Below are positions 1 to 8,608 of a DNA stretch of 64,000 nucleotides, piece after piece (the first letter of the stretch is position 1; each line of letters starts with the position of its first letter). The DNA lies in IMG/VR virus record IMGVR_UViG_3300021057_000011, positions 35,726 through 99,725 of that record. The stretch is one strand, 5' to 3'. Below the pieces are notes generated by a model, which was given only the letters and a program-made list of their open reading frames with translations, did no database searches and was not told where the DNA came from. The stretch comes from a virus. A program made the translations under genes and the position numbers.

Positions 1-351
1 AACCACGTCTGCCCGGGTCAGGGGTTCCCAGTGAACCGGAAGAAAGCTTTGGCAGCGGTAAGACTGCTGCCGCCCGATGAGGAGGGAGTCGGTAAACACA
101 TCGGGCACGGCAGGGTTTCGCAGATGCAGGTCCATCATCCCCCTCAGCTGGAAGGGTCCGCTCCGTGGGTAGCGGAAGTACCAGCCGAGCAGGGTGTCGT
201 ACAGGGTCCGCTGGGTGATGCGGACCAAGCGATCGTCGGCATAGAGCAGGTAATGCCGGGGCTCCAGTAACAGGAACACCGGCTTGTAAGGGTTGGGATG
301 GTCGATCAGCACTGCATTCGTACCGGGTCGCACATACCGCCGCTCAGACAT
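1..351 (-). CDS. Hypothetical protein, 3' end truncated by the window edge
   Basis: Open frame from ATG at 351 (MSERRYVRPG...) to base 1 with no stop; the start overlaps the stop of the upstream gene. Not in the ORF track. Confidence 0.65.
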   Translation of the reverse strand, partial: MSERRYVRPGTNAVLIDHPNPYKPVFLLLEPRHYLLYADDRLVRITQRTLYDTLLGWYFRYPRSGPFQLRGMMDLHLRNPAVPDVFTDSLLIGRQQSYRCQSFLPVHWEPLTRADVV

Positions 352-844
352 TTTCCATCCCCCGGCGTGACATGTCCCGCGATAAGTGCGCCGCCAGTTT
401 TTCAACTGAGGCATACTTGCGTTTGAGGCTGTTGTAGAGGATCTCGTACTCGAGCTCGAGCTCCTTGATCTGCAGCAGGGTGGGATTGTCCTGGACATAA
501 TCCTTGGCATAGGTGGGCTTCACCTCGCCGCGGTCGACGGCGGCCTTGGCCAGCTGGCGCTCGTACTGCTTGACGGTCGCTGAGACGGTCATCAGGCGCC
601 CTTCCGCACGCGACAGGGAATCCGAGAGCCAAACCCCATAGGCGACCACTTGCGAGGCGTACTGGCCCAATTCCGGCAGCGTCAGCTCGGTCACGTCGAG
701 CTTGACCGGCAGCTGGAAGCTGCCCGCGAAATCGACGTCCTCGTAATTGAACTGGGGCAGCTGGTACGCGACCTCGGCCACGAAGCGGTCGACCTGCTCG
801 GCGGTGTAAAAGGACAGGGGACTGTAGGCAGCGGGTTCAGGCAT
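344..844 (-). CDS. UvsY-like recombination mediator (helical)
   Basis: Start set at MPEPAAY. All-helical, with the C-terminal pattern KDYVQDNPTLLQIKELELEYEILYNSLK...LSR resembling T4 UvsY. Lies in the RecA/exonuclease cluster. Confidence 0.5.
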   Translation of the reverse strand: MPEPAAYSPLSFYTAEQVDRFVAEVAYQLPQFNYEDVDFAGSFQLPVKLDVTELTLPELGQYASQVVAYGVWLSDSLSRAEGRLMTVSATVKQYERQLAKAAVDRGEVKPTYAKDYVQDNPTLLQIKELELEYEILYNSLKRKYASVEKLAAHLSRDMSRRGMENV

Positions 845-998
845 CGTCGTCCTCCTCGGGCTCGCAGGTCTCGATTTCGATGTGGCCACACAGCGGACAG
901 TCGATCGTGTAAACCTGACGCTCGCTGACGTAGGTCAGGGTGGCCAGCAGCCCCATGGCGCAGTGACCACAGTAGACCTGGACGCTTCGGTTTTTCAT
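837..998 (-). CDS. Small zinc-ribbon protein (53 aa)
   Basis: MKNRSVQVYCGHC...CPLCGHIE has two CxxC pairs and an acidic tail; ATGA overlap with the upstream gene. Confidence 0.7.
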   Translation of the reverse strand: MKNRSVQVYCGHCAMGLLATLTYVSERQVYTIDCPLCGHIEIETCEPEEDDDA

Positions 999-1849
999 GC
1001 ACGTGTCTCCTTGTCGTAGGCTTTGCAGGTGTCTTTCATCCAGCACCAGTCTTTGTAGCGCCCGTTGGCGCAGAGAATATGCTCCGTCGGCAGCGCAGGG
1101 TGTTCCTTCGCCGCCCACAGATAGGCCGCTTTCTCGCGGATGTAGTCGATGATCGCCGGCTGGTAAGGAATACGGAATTCCTTGTAGCGGGGGAAGGCCT
1201 TGCAGGCATAGAGCAGCACGGCGGACCGGGTATAACCGGTGATCCACATGTAAATGTGAACCTGGAGGACGTGCTCGGGCAGAGGCTCGCGCAGCCCGTC
1301 GAAGTAATCGATCCGGAGGGTCTTGATCTCGAAGATCTCCGGGTAATCCATCAGTTGGATCTTTCCGTCGCGGCTGCCGGAGAGCACGAGCCGAATGGTG
1401 CCGTTCATCGCAGCAGCCCAGTCGGTAAAGGAGGCCAGCACTCCGGCAGTTGCCGTGGCTTTGTCGAGATAAATGTCCCCAAGCTGAGCCACGTCCTCGG
1501 TGGTGGAAAAGAACCAGGCCTGATACCCCGTGCCCGTGGCAACCACGGCGGCCCGGAGCACATACCGGCCCCGAGGAGTATCGACTTCCATCCCACAAAG
1601 CCAGGTTTCCTCCCCGGTCAGTTTGCCGGTCTTGCGGAGCAGGCCCTGCAGCTGGGCATGCTTGCTGTGGCCGTCCTCGAAAATCTGCAGGGTCTGGGTA
1701 TCGGGAACCGGTCCATCCTGGCCGCGGGCATGCTGGTGCAAAATTCGCGCGCAGCGATAAAACTGCGAGGCGTGAAAGGCCCCGTCCCAGACCCGGTGCT
1801 CGTACTGGGCCTCCAGCTGCTGGCTGAGCAGGTCAATCACACTAGACAT
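995..1849 (-). CDS. Cas4-like / PD-(D/E)xK exonuclease
   Basis: FHASQFYRC, GHSKH, SGSRDG...FEIK, QVHIYM and C-terminal C..C..C ligands match the Fe-S Cas4/AddB-type nuclease layout. Confidence 0.85.
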   Translation of the reverse strand: MSSVIDLLSQQLEAQYEHRVWDGAFHASQFYRCARILHQHARGQDGPVPDTQTLQIFEDGHSKHAQLQGLLRKTGKLTGEETWLCGMEVDTPRGRYVLRAAVVATGTGYQAWFFSTTEDVAQLGDIYLDKATATAGVLASFTDWAAAMNGTIRLVLSGSRDGKIQLMDYPEIFEIKTLRIDYFDGLREPLPEHVLQVHIYMWITGYTRSAVLLYACKAFPRYKEFRIPYQPAIIDYIREKAAYLWAAKEHPALPTEHILCANGRYKDWCWMKDTCKAYDKETRA

Positions 1850-2654
1850 GGTCGAGGGCCTCCGTATGGGCCACCACAGCCGAGTAGAGCGGCATGTCGA
1901 TCCGCTGGGCCGCCGGCAGGCTGTTGAAGGTCACCCGGTCGTACTCGAGTCCGCAGCGCGCAAGCCAGGCCAGGGTCTCGTGCAGGAACTCGATCGGGCG
2001 CTGGGCATCAACCACCAGCTGCCGCTGGTGCAGTTTTTTTGCGGCGTTGAGTTCGGCGATCAGCAGATGATCCGGTTCTGCCGCGGCGTACTGCGTGGCC
2101 GTGAAGCGCTGACTCAACCGGGGACTGTCCGGGTGCAGGGCCAGGGTGTGGTCCAGCAGCACGGCGATCACGGGGGCTTCATACGGCGCGCGCAGCTGGC
2201 GGTTGAGCTCGTAGTAATCGATCCCAAAGGGCTGTAGCACGGCCTCGCCGAACTTTTTCAGGTGCGCGTAGAGCTTGACCGTGGCAAAGTAAAACTGACT
2301 CAACAACTGGTCGTTCGGGTTGAAGTCCACCAGCCGCGCCGTGATGGGATCGGAGGTATAGACCTCGCGCCAGCTGTGTGTGGGCCGGCGGTCGAAGAAG
2401 CGGGAGTCGTCGATCTCGAAGAGAATCCGGTCCTGATTAGGGCCGATCAGGCGCAGGCGCAGCTTGGCGAAGTGCCGGTGCAGCACACTGGTCCCGTTGA
2501 GCTGGGCCACCACGGCGGTCAGATCGAGCAGGGCCTCGGCCCCGTCGAGCTGGGCGATCAGGGGCACGATCGCCACGGCCGGGCTGAGGTAGGGGTAGTC
2601 CTGCTTCCAGGTGGTCACCCACTTGCTGACGAAACTGTGAAAGACTCTATCCAC
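1842..2654 (-). CDS. Protein with a degenerate HAD (PNKP-phosphatase-like) C-terminal domain
   Basis: VIAVLLDHTLA, EPDHLLIAELN, LVVDAQRP and ETLAWLARCGLEYDRV track HAD motifs, but the nucleophile Asp is missing. GTG start with GGAGG. Confidence 0.5.
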   Translation of the reverse strand: MDRVFHSFVSKWVTTWKQDYPYLSPAVAIVPLIAQLDGAEALLDLTAVVAQLNGTSVLHRHFAKLRLRLIGPNQDRILFEIDDSRFFDRRPTHSWREVYTSDPITARLVDFNPNDQLLSQFYFATVKLYAHLKKFGEAVLQPFGIDYYELNRQLRAPYEAPVIAVLLDHTLALHPDSPRLSQRFTATQYAAAEPDHLLIAELNAAKKLHQRQLVVDAQRPIEFLHETLAWLARCGLEYDRVTFNSLPAAQRIDMPLYSAVVAHTEALDHV

Positions 2655-2985
2655 GCTGCGCCTCCAGCATCTGTTTGAAATAGTCGTAATCGTGCCGCGT
2701 CAAGGCATACAGCTCCAGCCCGCTCCCAAAAGTAATGACAAGCACCGGGGTCTTGGAGACTTGGCTGGCTTCCTGAATGACCTTGGTGAACCAGGCCTCA
2801 TGCAGGGTGATGGATTTGCCGCCGCAGTCTTTATGCTCAAGCAGCACCAGATCGTCCTGCATGTCCCCCTTTTTTCGCAGCGCCCCGCTTTGCTTTGTCA
2901 GATGCATGTTGAGGCTTTTTGCGAGCTTTTTTTCCTGCGTCTGGCTTTCCTGCTTCGTCGTCCGTATACTCTGATACCGTTTCAT
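2647..2985 (-). CDS. Holliday junction resolvase (Hjc-like PD-(D/E)xK)
   Basis: QEKKLAK...SGALRKKGD...LLEHK motif; GAGGA 5 nt before the ATG at 2985. Confidence 0.75.
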   Translation of the reverse strand: MKRYQSIRTTKQESQTQEKKLAKSLNMHLTKQSGALRKKGDMQDDLVLLEHKDCGGKSITLHEAWFTKVIQEASQVSKTPVLVITFGSGLELYALTRHDYDYFKQMLEAQRG

Positions 2986-4159
2986 CCGGGTCCTCACTGG
3001 GGGGAAAATTATAGGTCACGCCGTCCTTGTAAACCATCTCGTCCATCTTGTCGTACAGGTACGTGAGGAACTTAGCATCCTGTCGCACCCGCTCCATGAG
3101 CTGTACATCGCCCTGTACCTTCAGACCGTCGATGGTGTACCAGGTCCCGGTCTTTTGGATCAGACCCAGATCCTTGCCCGCGGTGACAAGCGACTCTTCG
3201 CGATCAAAACCGAAACCCATGAAGGCATTGGGGGAAGGGTATTTCAACGCGGTGGTGTACAGGTCGGCATAGGTTGTCCGCCCTTCGTAGGGGCTGCGAA
3301 CCTTCTGCATCTCGTAAGCGATCCGCTTGCCGATGCGACCGCCCATGATAAAAGCCCCGGTCTGGTCATTGGGGTCATTGGGGTCGTACCAGCCCTTGTC
3401 AAACTGGTATGTGAGCTCCTTTTCCACCGACAAAATGATCGAGGTGTCCACAAAGAAATTCACCGACTTGGCGCTGGCAGGTTCCCGCCGGGTAAAGGTC
3501 ATGCCCCCAGGCCCTTTGTACATGCCCGTCCGCAGCTGGTTGATGAACACCACCGCGGTCCGGTTGGGCATCACTTTCTTTTTCACCGGGTCATAGTACG
3601 TCTGCAGGCTGACCATCAGCTGCCGGCAAAAACGCTCGAGCAAGGCCGCCCGCTCCGACATTTTGGCGGAGGCCGCCAGGGACTTCTCGGTTTCCTTTTC
3701 ACCGATCAAGCTGGCAATGTCGTCCACCACGATCAGGTCAACCAGATTGGCCTTGGCAAACGCAGCCGCCTGGTCCAAACCCAGCTCATGGGTTTCGGCA
3801 TTGATCAGGTGAATCCGGTTCAGATCAACTTTGTACTTCTTCATCAGCTCGACCTGGGCGGTCCATGCATTCTGAATATTCACCACCACGGCGAAAAAAT
3901 CGGCATTGATCGCATGGTTAAAGCCGATGGTCTGCATCACGGTACCGGTTTTTCCAGTGGCATACTCCCCCGAAATCATCGACGCCTGGCTTCGCAACAG
4001 ACCACCGTTGAGGTAGAGATCCAAGCTGGGAATCCCGGTCGGAATGTACCCGGGCTGGATCCCGATCAGCTCACTGCCGCGGACGACCGACCCGGGTTTC
4101 TTACTGTGAAAATTGGCAATCAAGGCATCAATTTCATTGGCTTTGGAACTCATGTCCAT
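2837..4159 (-). CDS. recA: RecA/UvsX-like recombinase
   Basis: IPTGIPSLDLYLNGG, Walker A GEYATGKT, Walker B LIVVDDIASL, FINQLR and C-terminal LIQKTGTWY. The catalytic Glu position is Gln. Confidence 0.93.
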   Translation of the reverse strand: MDMSSKANEIDALIANFHSKKPGSVVRGSELIGIQPGYIPTGIPSLDLYLNGGLLRSQASMISGEYATGKTGTVMQTIGFNHAINADFFAVVVNIQNAWTAQVELMKKYKVDLNRIHLINAETHELGLDQAAAFAKANLVDLIVVDDIASLIGEKETEKSLAASAKMSERAALLERFCRQLMVSLQTYYDPVKKKVMPNRTAVVFINQLRTGMYKGPGGMTFTRREPASAKSVNFFVDTSIILSVEKELTYQFDKGWYDPNDPNDQTGAFIMGGRIGKRIAYEMQKVRSPYEGRTTYADLYTTALKYPSPNAFMGFGFDREESLVTAGKDLGLIQKTGTWYTIDGLKVQGDVQLMERVRQDAKFLTYLYDKMDEMVYKDGVTYNFPPSEDPDETVSEYTDDEAGKPDAGKKARKKPQHASDKAKRGAAKKGGHAGRSGAA

Positions 4160-4170
4160 CCTTCTTTCTG

Positions 4171-6216
4171 TTAGTTCTTGTCGGCCCAGGAGCGGCCGAT
4201 GGTCGGAATGGCTTCGAGCGGAACCCGCAGTTTGTATGAAGATTCCAGGATCTGCTGCATCACGGGCGCGATGGTTTCAGCGTCGTGTTCCCAACACTCG
4301 ACGATCAGTTCGTCGTGCACCTGGAGGACAATCCCGGCACCCGGATGATGGGTCTCGAGATAGGCATCCAGACGGATCATGGCCAGTTTCATGATGTCGG
4401 CCTCTGAGCCCTGAATATGACAGGCAAACAGGGAGCGTTCCGCTGCCGCCCGGCGCCATTTCAGCTTGTCGTCGTGCCCTTTGTAGGTGGCATCAAGATC
4501 GGTGATATACCGGCCGGCCAGGGTCTGCGTCGTGCCGTGCTTGTTCATGGTCCGGTTATGTGCCGCAACATAGTTGGCGGCCACCGGATGCACCACGCGC
4601 CAGCCTTTGATGAAATACTCCGGCACGCCCAGCGTTTCCGCGCCTCCTTGAAATAATACGCCGAAGTTCACGTTTTTCATCGCTTTTCGCCATTTTTGAA
4701 ACTGACCCAGCGGAGCGATTTCACCCATCTGCTGCAGCTTCTCCGCGTGCTCTTTCTCGGCCTTAAGGCCAGCGAGAAAGTCGTCAATCGGAATGCGATG
4801 AATCTGGGCGGCCCCAATACTGTGCAGGTCCTTGCCGGTGTTGAAGGCATCGACCATCACCGGATCCTGGCTGAAATGGGCCATGATGCGCAGCTGCAAC
4901 TGACCATAGTCCGCCATCACGAAAACCTTTCCCGGAGCTGGCACAAAGGCCGCGCGGAAGCGAGGATCCCCAGGGATGTTCTGTAGATTCGGTTTGTCAC
5001 TGGACAAACGGCCTGAATCGGTGCCTACGTTGTTGTAGCTGGTATGAATCCGGGACTCGTGATCTACCAGGTAAGGCAACTTGCTGGTGAACATTTTGAT
5101 GAAGGTCGCCGCCCGAGAAAATTCCGCCAGATGTTTAGCGATCTCATGGCCTTGTTTGGCGAGCTGATCGAGCGTTTTCAGATTGGTGGCTTTCTTGCCC
5201 CCATCCGTGTAGTTATCCGTGTGCAGTTTCAATTTGTCGTAGAGGATGTAGCGGAGCTGATCGCCGGAGGTAATTTTGAAACTCTCGCCGGCGATCTCGA
5301 AAACCTTCTCCATCCGCTCGCGCTTAATGGCTTGGGAAATTGCTTCGAGCTCATGGATCATGTCAGGACGAAGGCGAATTCCCCGATGCTCCATCCTCGC
5401 CAGCACACTGATGTAGGGCAGCTCAATCCGTGTGTAATGCTCAAGCAGGTTCCGCTGCTTGAGCTTGGGGATAAAAGTCTGATACATCTTGGGCGGCAGC
5501 TGAACGTCCTGGACGGTGTACTCGACAAACTCCGGCGCCCAGATATCCGCCGGGCATTTTTTTCCGAAGCTCTTGAGAGAAATGGTGTCCTTTGTTAGCC
5601 GCTCGTGAACCGCCCGGGTCTTCAGACCCTTGGGGGCTTTCACATCCACCAGGTAACCTGCCACCTGGGTATCTTCAATGTTCGCCAGGTTGATCCCCAG
5701 CCGCCACATCGCCCGCTGGTCAAACCCGATGTTGTGTCCAAGGAAGGTCTTGGCTGGGTCCTCGAAGAAGGGCTTCAGATCCCGCGCTATGCACTCGCGC
5801 GGGATGTTGACATCAAAGAGTGTCCGGTGTCCGATCGAGACATAGAACCCGTGGGTGACACATGGTGCAATCGGCAGAATCGACAGACCCACGACCTTGG
5901 CCCAGGCCTCGAGCCCCTCGGTCTCTGTGTCAAAGCTGAAGAAGGTGTACATCGACAGCATCAGCAGCATGACGTGAAGCATCTCCTCGGTCTGCACGAG
6001 CACTTTGTCGATGAAATCGGGCTTGTTGTACTTCTGCTGGTACAGCGAGACACAGCCGGCACAGCGGATCTGGTTCTCTTCCGAGGCCGCTTCAAAGACG
6101 GATTTGGTCTGGCTCAGGTCATCTTTGGCCGCGCCACAAAGATTTCGGCGCTCAGAGGCCGAGTACAAATGGCGCGCGCGGATCGTGGTTAAGTAGCTGG
6201 GAGCCGTAACGGACAT
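4171..6216 (-). CDS. polA: Family A DNA polymerase with a 3'-5' exonuclease domain
   Basis: Exo motifs DTET, GHNIGFD and YTVQDV; polymerase motifs SGRLSSDKPNLQNIP, ADYGQLQLR, RKAMKNVNFG and QVHDEL. Start at MSVTAP after GAAAGGAG. Confidence 0.95.
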   Translation of the reverse strand: MSVTAPSYLTTIRARHLYSASERRNLCGAAKDDLSQTKSVFEAASEENQIRCAGCVSLYQQKYNKPDFIDKVLVQTEEMLHVMLLMLSMYTFFSFDTETEGLEAWAKVVGLSILPIAPCVTHGFYVSIGHRTLFDVNIPRECIARDLKPFFEDPAKTFLGHNIGFDQRAMWRLGINLANIEDTQVAGYLVDVKAPKGLKTRAVHERLTKDTISLKSFGKKCPADIWAPEFVEYTVQDVQLPPKMYQTFIPKLKQRNLLEHYTRIELPYISVLARMEHRGIRLRPDMIHELEAISQAIKRERMEKVFEIAGESFKITSGDQLRYILYDKLKLHTDNYTDGGKKATNLKTLDQLAKQGHEIAKHLAEFSRAATFIKMFTSKLPYLVDHESRIHTSYNNVGTDSGRLSSDKPNLQNIPGDPRFRAAFVPAPGKVFVMADYGQLQLRIMAHFSQDPVMVDAFNTGKDLHSIGAAQIHRIPIDDFLAGLKAEKEHAEKLQQMGEIAPLGQFQKWRKAMKNVNFGVLFQGGAETLGVPEYFIKGWRVVHPVAANYVAAHNRTMNKHGTTQTLAGRYITDLDATYKGHDDKLKWRRAAAERSLFACHIQGSEADIMKLAMIRLDAYLETHHPGAGIVLQVHDELIVECWEHDAETIAPVMQQILESSYKLRVPLEAIPTIGRSWADKN

Positions 6217-6293
6217 GGGACACTCCTTTCGATAACTGGGATCCGCTTGAGGGAAGCGGCATGTGAACCGGTCACCACCTCCGTGAAGCGGAC

Positions 6294-6320
6294 AAAAACC
6301 GGGGGCCCAGAGGCCCCCGG
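6294..6320 (-). terminator. Intrinsic terminator upstream of polA
   Basis: 9-bp stem CCGGGGGCC/GGCCCCCGG, 4-nt loop, then TTTTT on the minus strand. Confidence 0.7.
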
Positions 6321-6377
6321 GACGTATCTGTAGCAAACAGGTGAATCAGAATGGGCTAGTCGATAACCTCGGCCTCC

Positions 6378-6665
6378 TTACAGCGTGATATACAGGGAGT
6401 GCTCGGAATCGCGCGCGTCACCCGTAAAGTGCTGAACGGTGTATCCGACCTCTCGGAGCCACTCCGCGACATCGACCATGGCCTGGGCATTCCAGGCTTT
6501 TTGCGGAACAAAAAGGGTCGTTTGTCCCCGCCGCTTGGCGTCGATCATCCAGTCCTGGACCGCGGTCTTGAGCTGAACGAAGTCGGAGTCCTTCGACTTC
6601 CGGTACTCTTCACTCGCCGCCGCCATGCGGGCGCGAAACTCGTCGTTGGATAACATGACCGGCAT
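6378..6665 (-). CDS. Hypothetical protein
   Basis: AGGAGG before MPVML; coherent ORF in operon orientation. Confidence 0.7.
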   Translation of the reverse strand: MPVMLSNDEFRARMAAASEEYRKSKDSDFVQLKTAVQDWMIDAKRRGQTTLFVPQKAWNAQAMVDVAEWLREVGYTVQHFTGDARDSEHSLYITL

Positions 6666-6675
6666 CCCGCCCCTC

Positions 6676-7698
6676 CTAGACATACTTCGAGGCCGGTTGA
6701 TAGGCCGGATCGATCGGCTGCGCTGGAGGAGTCATGATGGTGACCGGCGGCCCCTGCACAGGGGGCACCGGGGCACCCACCGGGGCCTGGCCGGGCTGGA
6801 TGAAGGCTCCACCCTGCGACGGCGACACATAGCCCTGCTGTGTACCAGTCTGTGGCCAGGGCGGCACGCTGCCGGGGGCCGGCACCGGAATCTGCACGCC
6901 AAGGACCACCGAGGGCTGTGTCGGTCCCTGCGGCTGGGTCAGATCGGTCTGGGTGCCCAAGCTGTTGCTGGCCTTGGCAGCTTCCTGCTCGCGCTGGCGG
7001 CGCAGCATCACACAGAAGGCCTCCATTTCCTCGGCCGTGGGGGTGCCGAAATCCATCTCGGCGTCCCAGTTGATGGTCTGCAGCTTGGCCAGCAGCTCGT
7101 GGTCGATCGGCTGCAGCTGGCCGGGCACGACCCCGTCCATCAGCTTGGGCAGGAAGGAGTATTCCTTGCTGTTGGAGTTGTCAGCGATCCGGGTGACGGA
7201 CAGGGGAAACTGCATCATCGAGCCGTAGTTCTTGATGACTTCGAGCATCTTGTTGAGGCAGAGCATGCTGATGCCACGCCAGATCAGAATCTGATTGTCC
7301 TGGCTGTACTGCTTGCCGGATTTTTTGGAGGTGTAGACTCCGCCGATGTGGCGCCCTGCAATAAAGCCGACCGTGCGCGGGGTATCGTGCTCCTCGTCGC
7401 AGGCCCGGCAGGGTCCGACATAGACGACCTTGGAAGGATCGCTGGGGTCCGACTGGGCAGACTTGGTGCAGGTCACCTTGTCCTTGCCGTTGTTGGTTTC
7501 GTGCTGACGGTACTTGCCAAAGCACGGCATCAGGAACTGCATAATCTTGGTTTCGCCAGGATTGAACCAGGTGTAGCGGAAGTTCTTGTTTTCGTTTTCT
7601 GCCCGCTCGGCCTGGCGCTTGGCCTGCTCTTCGGCCTGCATCTGGGCTTCCGCCTGGACTTCGGCGATCACGTTCATTCCGAATGAAAGACTGGACAT
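6676..7698 (-). CDS. Phage single-stranded DNA-binding protein, gp32-like, with a Pro/Gln-rich tail
   Basis: Aromatic OB-like core with H/C/C/C Zn ligands (QHET...TCT...CRAC), LSVTRI...KEYSF; located in the replication module. Confidence 0.6.
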   Translation of the reverse strand: MSSLSFGMNVIAEVQAEAQMQAEEQAKRQAERAENENKNFRYTWFNPGETKIMQFLMPCFGKYRQHETNNGKDKVTCTKSAQSDPSDPSKVVYVGPCRACDEEHDTPRTVGFIAGRHIGGVYTSKKSGKQYSQDNQILIWRGISMLCLNKMLEVIKNYGSMMQFPLSVTRIADNSNSKEYSFLPKLMDGVVPGQLQPIDHELLAKLQTINWDAEMDFGTPTAEEMEAFCVMLRRQREQEAAKASNSLGTQTDLTQPQGPTQPSVVLGVQIPVPAPGSVPPWPQTGTQQGYVSPSQGGAFIQPGQAPVGAPVPPVQGPPVTIMTPPAQPIDPAYQPASKYV

Positions 7699-7725
7699 AT
7701 TAAAGGGTCTCCTTGGAAGGAAAGG

Positions 7726-8127
7726 TTAAAGTTTTTGAAGCTGGGACTTGAATTCCGGCAGCAGGGTCTCGCACAGCCGCTCGAAGTTTTCCTTGAGCTT
7801 GCGGTGCTGGAACGCGCTGTGTTCGGCTTCCGGGGTTCCGACGTCGCGGGCGCGGCGCTCGGAGAGCTCGAAGCTGACATAGTGATGCTTGCGCGGATCC
7901 GGGGTGTCGATCGCGAAGGTGCATTTCATCACGGCGGTGGACTCGATCAGATTGCTCTTGCCCGCCTCGTCGTAAATGCGGTTGGCGTCCACCAGCCGAA
8001 TTTCCTTCGGTGTGGTGGTCACGGTCTCTTGTAAAATCGCCAGCTGCTCTCCCAGGGTTTGCACCTGGGCGTGGAGTTGCTGCAGCAGGGCGAGCTCTTC
8101 GGTATGGGGAACGGTCTCTGGGTTCAT
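7726..8127 (-). CDS. Hypothetical coiled-coil protein
   Basis: GGAG before MNPETV; helical heptads. Confidence 0.65.
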   Translation of the reverse strand: MNPETVPHTEELALLQQLHAQVQTLGEQLAILQETVTTTPKEIRLVDANRIYDEAGKSNLIESTAVMKCTFAIDTPDPRKHHYVSFELSERRARDVGTPEAEHSAFQHRKLKENFERLCETLLPEFKSQLQKL

Positions 8128-8131
8128 GGGG

Positions 8132-8608
8132 TCACTCCGTAAAGGGATGGCTTTGGTACAGGGCACGGTTGGTTTCGAGGTAGGTGCGAATATCCTCCTT
8201 GAGCGTGGTCCAGGATTTGTCTTCGAGCTCGGCGTCCTCCAGCGCCGCTTCAATCGCATCGCAAATCAGGTGGTAGTCCGCATCGCCGTAGCCGTACTGG
8301 TAGCGGCGGAACTTGGTCGGAGCTGGAAGAATCCCCACCCGCTTGAGCTGCTCGACCTGCTCGAGGCTCAGGCCGGTGGTGGCGGAAATGGCAGCCAGGG
8401 TGAACACGTCGTAGGAGAGCGTCACCTTGTCCGCCGCGGCCTTGAGCTTGCGCGAAAAATAGGGGTAGCTGATCGGCACCTCGACCGGTTCGGTATGCTC
8501 GCCGGCGGTGGGGTGGACATGCCCGTTCTTGCGCGTGCCGATCGGTTTCCCCAGGGCGGTAGCGCGGGCTTTCTGCTTTTTCCAGGCATTCCTTAGCGGG
8601 ACTGACAT
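8132..8608 (-). CDS. MerR-like helix-turn-helix protein
   Basis: FTLAAISATTGLSLEQVEQLKRVGILPAP...YGYGDAD matches the MerR wHTH pattern; basic N-terminus. Confidence 0.6.
   Translation of the reverse strand: MSVPLRNAWKKQKARATALGKPIGTRKNGHVHPTAGEHTEPVEVPISYPYFSRKLKAAADKVTLSYDVFTLAAISATTGLSLEQVEQLKRVGILPAPTKFRRYQYGYGDADYHLICDAIEAALEDAELEDKSWTTLKEDIRTYLETNRALYQSHPFTE

Noticed and set aside
995-1849. Cas4 as part of a CRISPR-Cas locus
   Set aside because: No cas1/cas2 and no repeat-spacer array in the window; the context is phage recombination.
3872-4896. Idea that CAG is recoded as Glu (explaining both E-to-Q changes)
   Set aside because: The conserved Gln two codons earlier in PolA motif A (Q708 equivalent) is also CAG, so recoding is not consistent.
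4171-6216. PolA as DpoZ of a 2-aminoadenine genome
   Set aside because: No purZ, datZ or mazZ is visible in this window; this cannot be supported from these bases.
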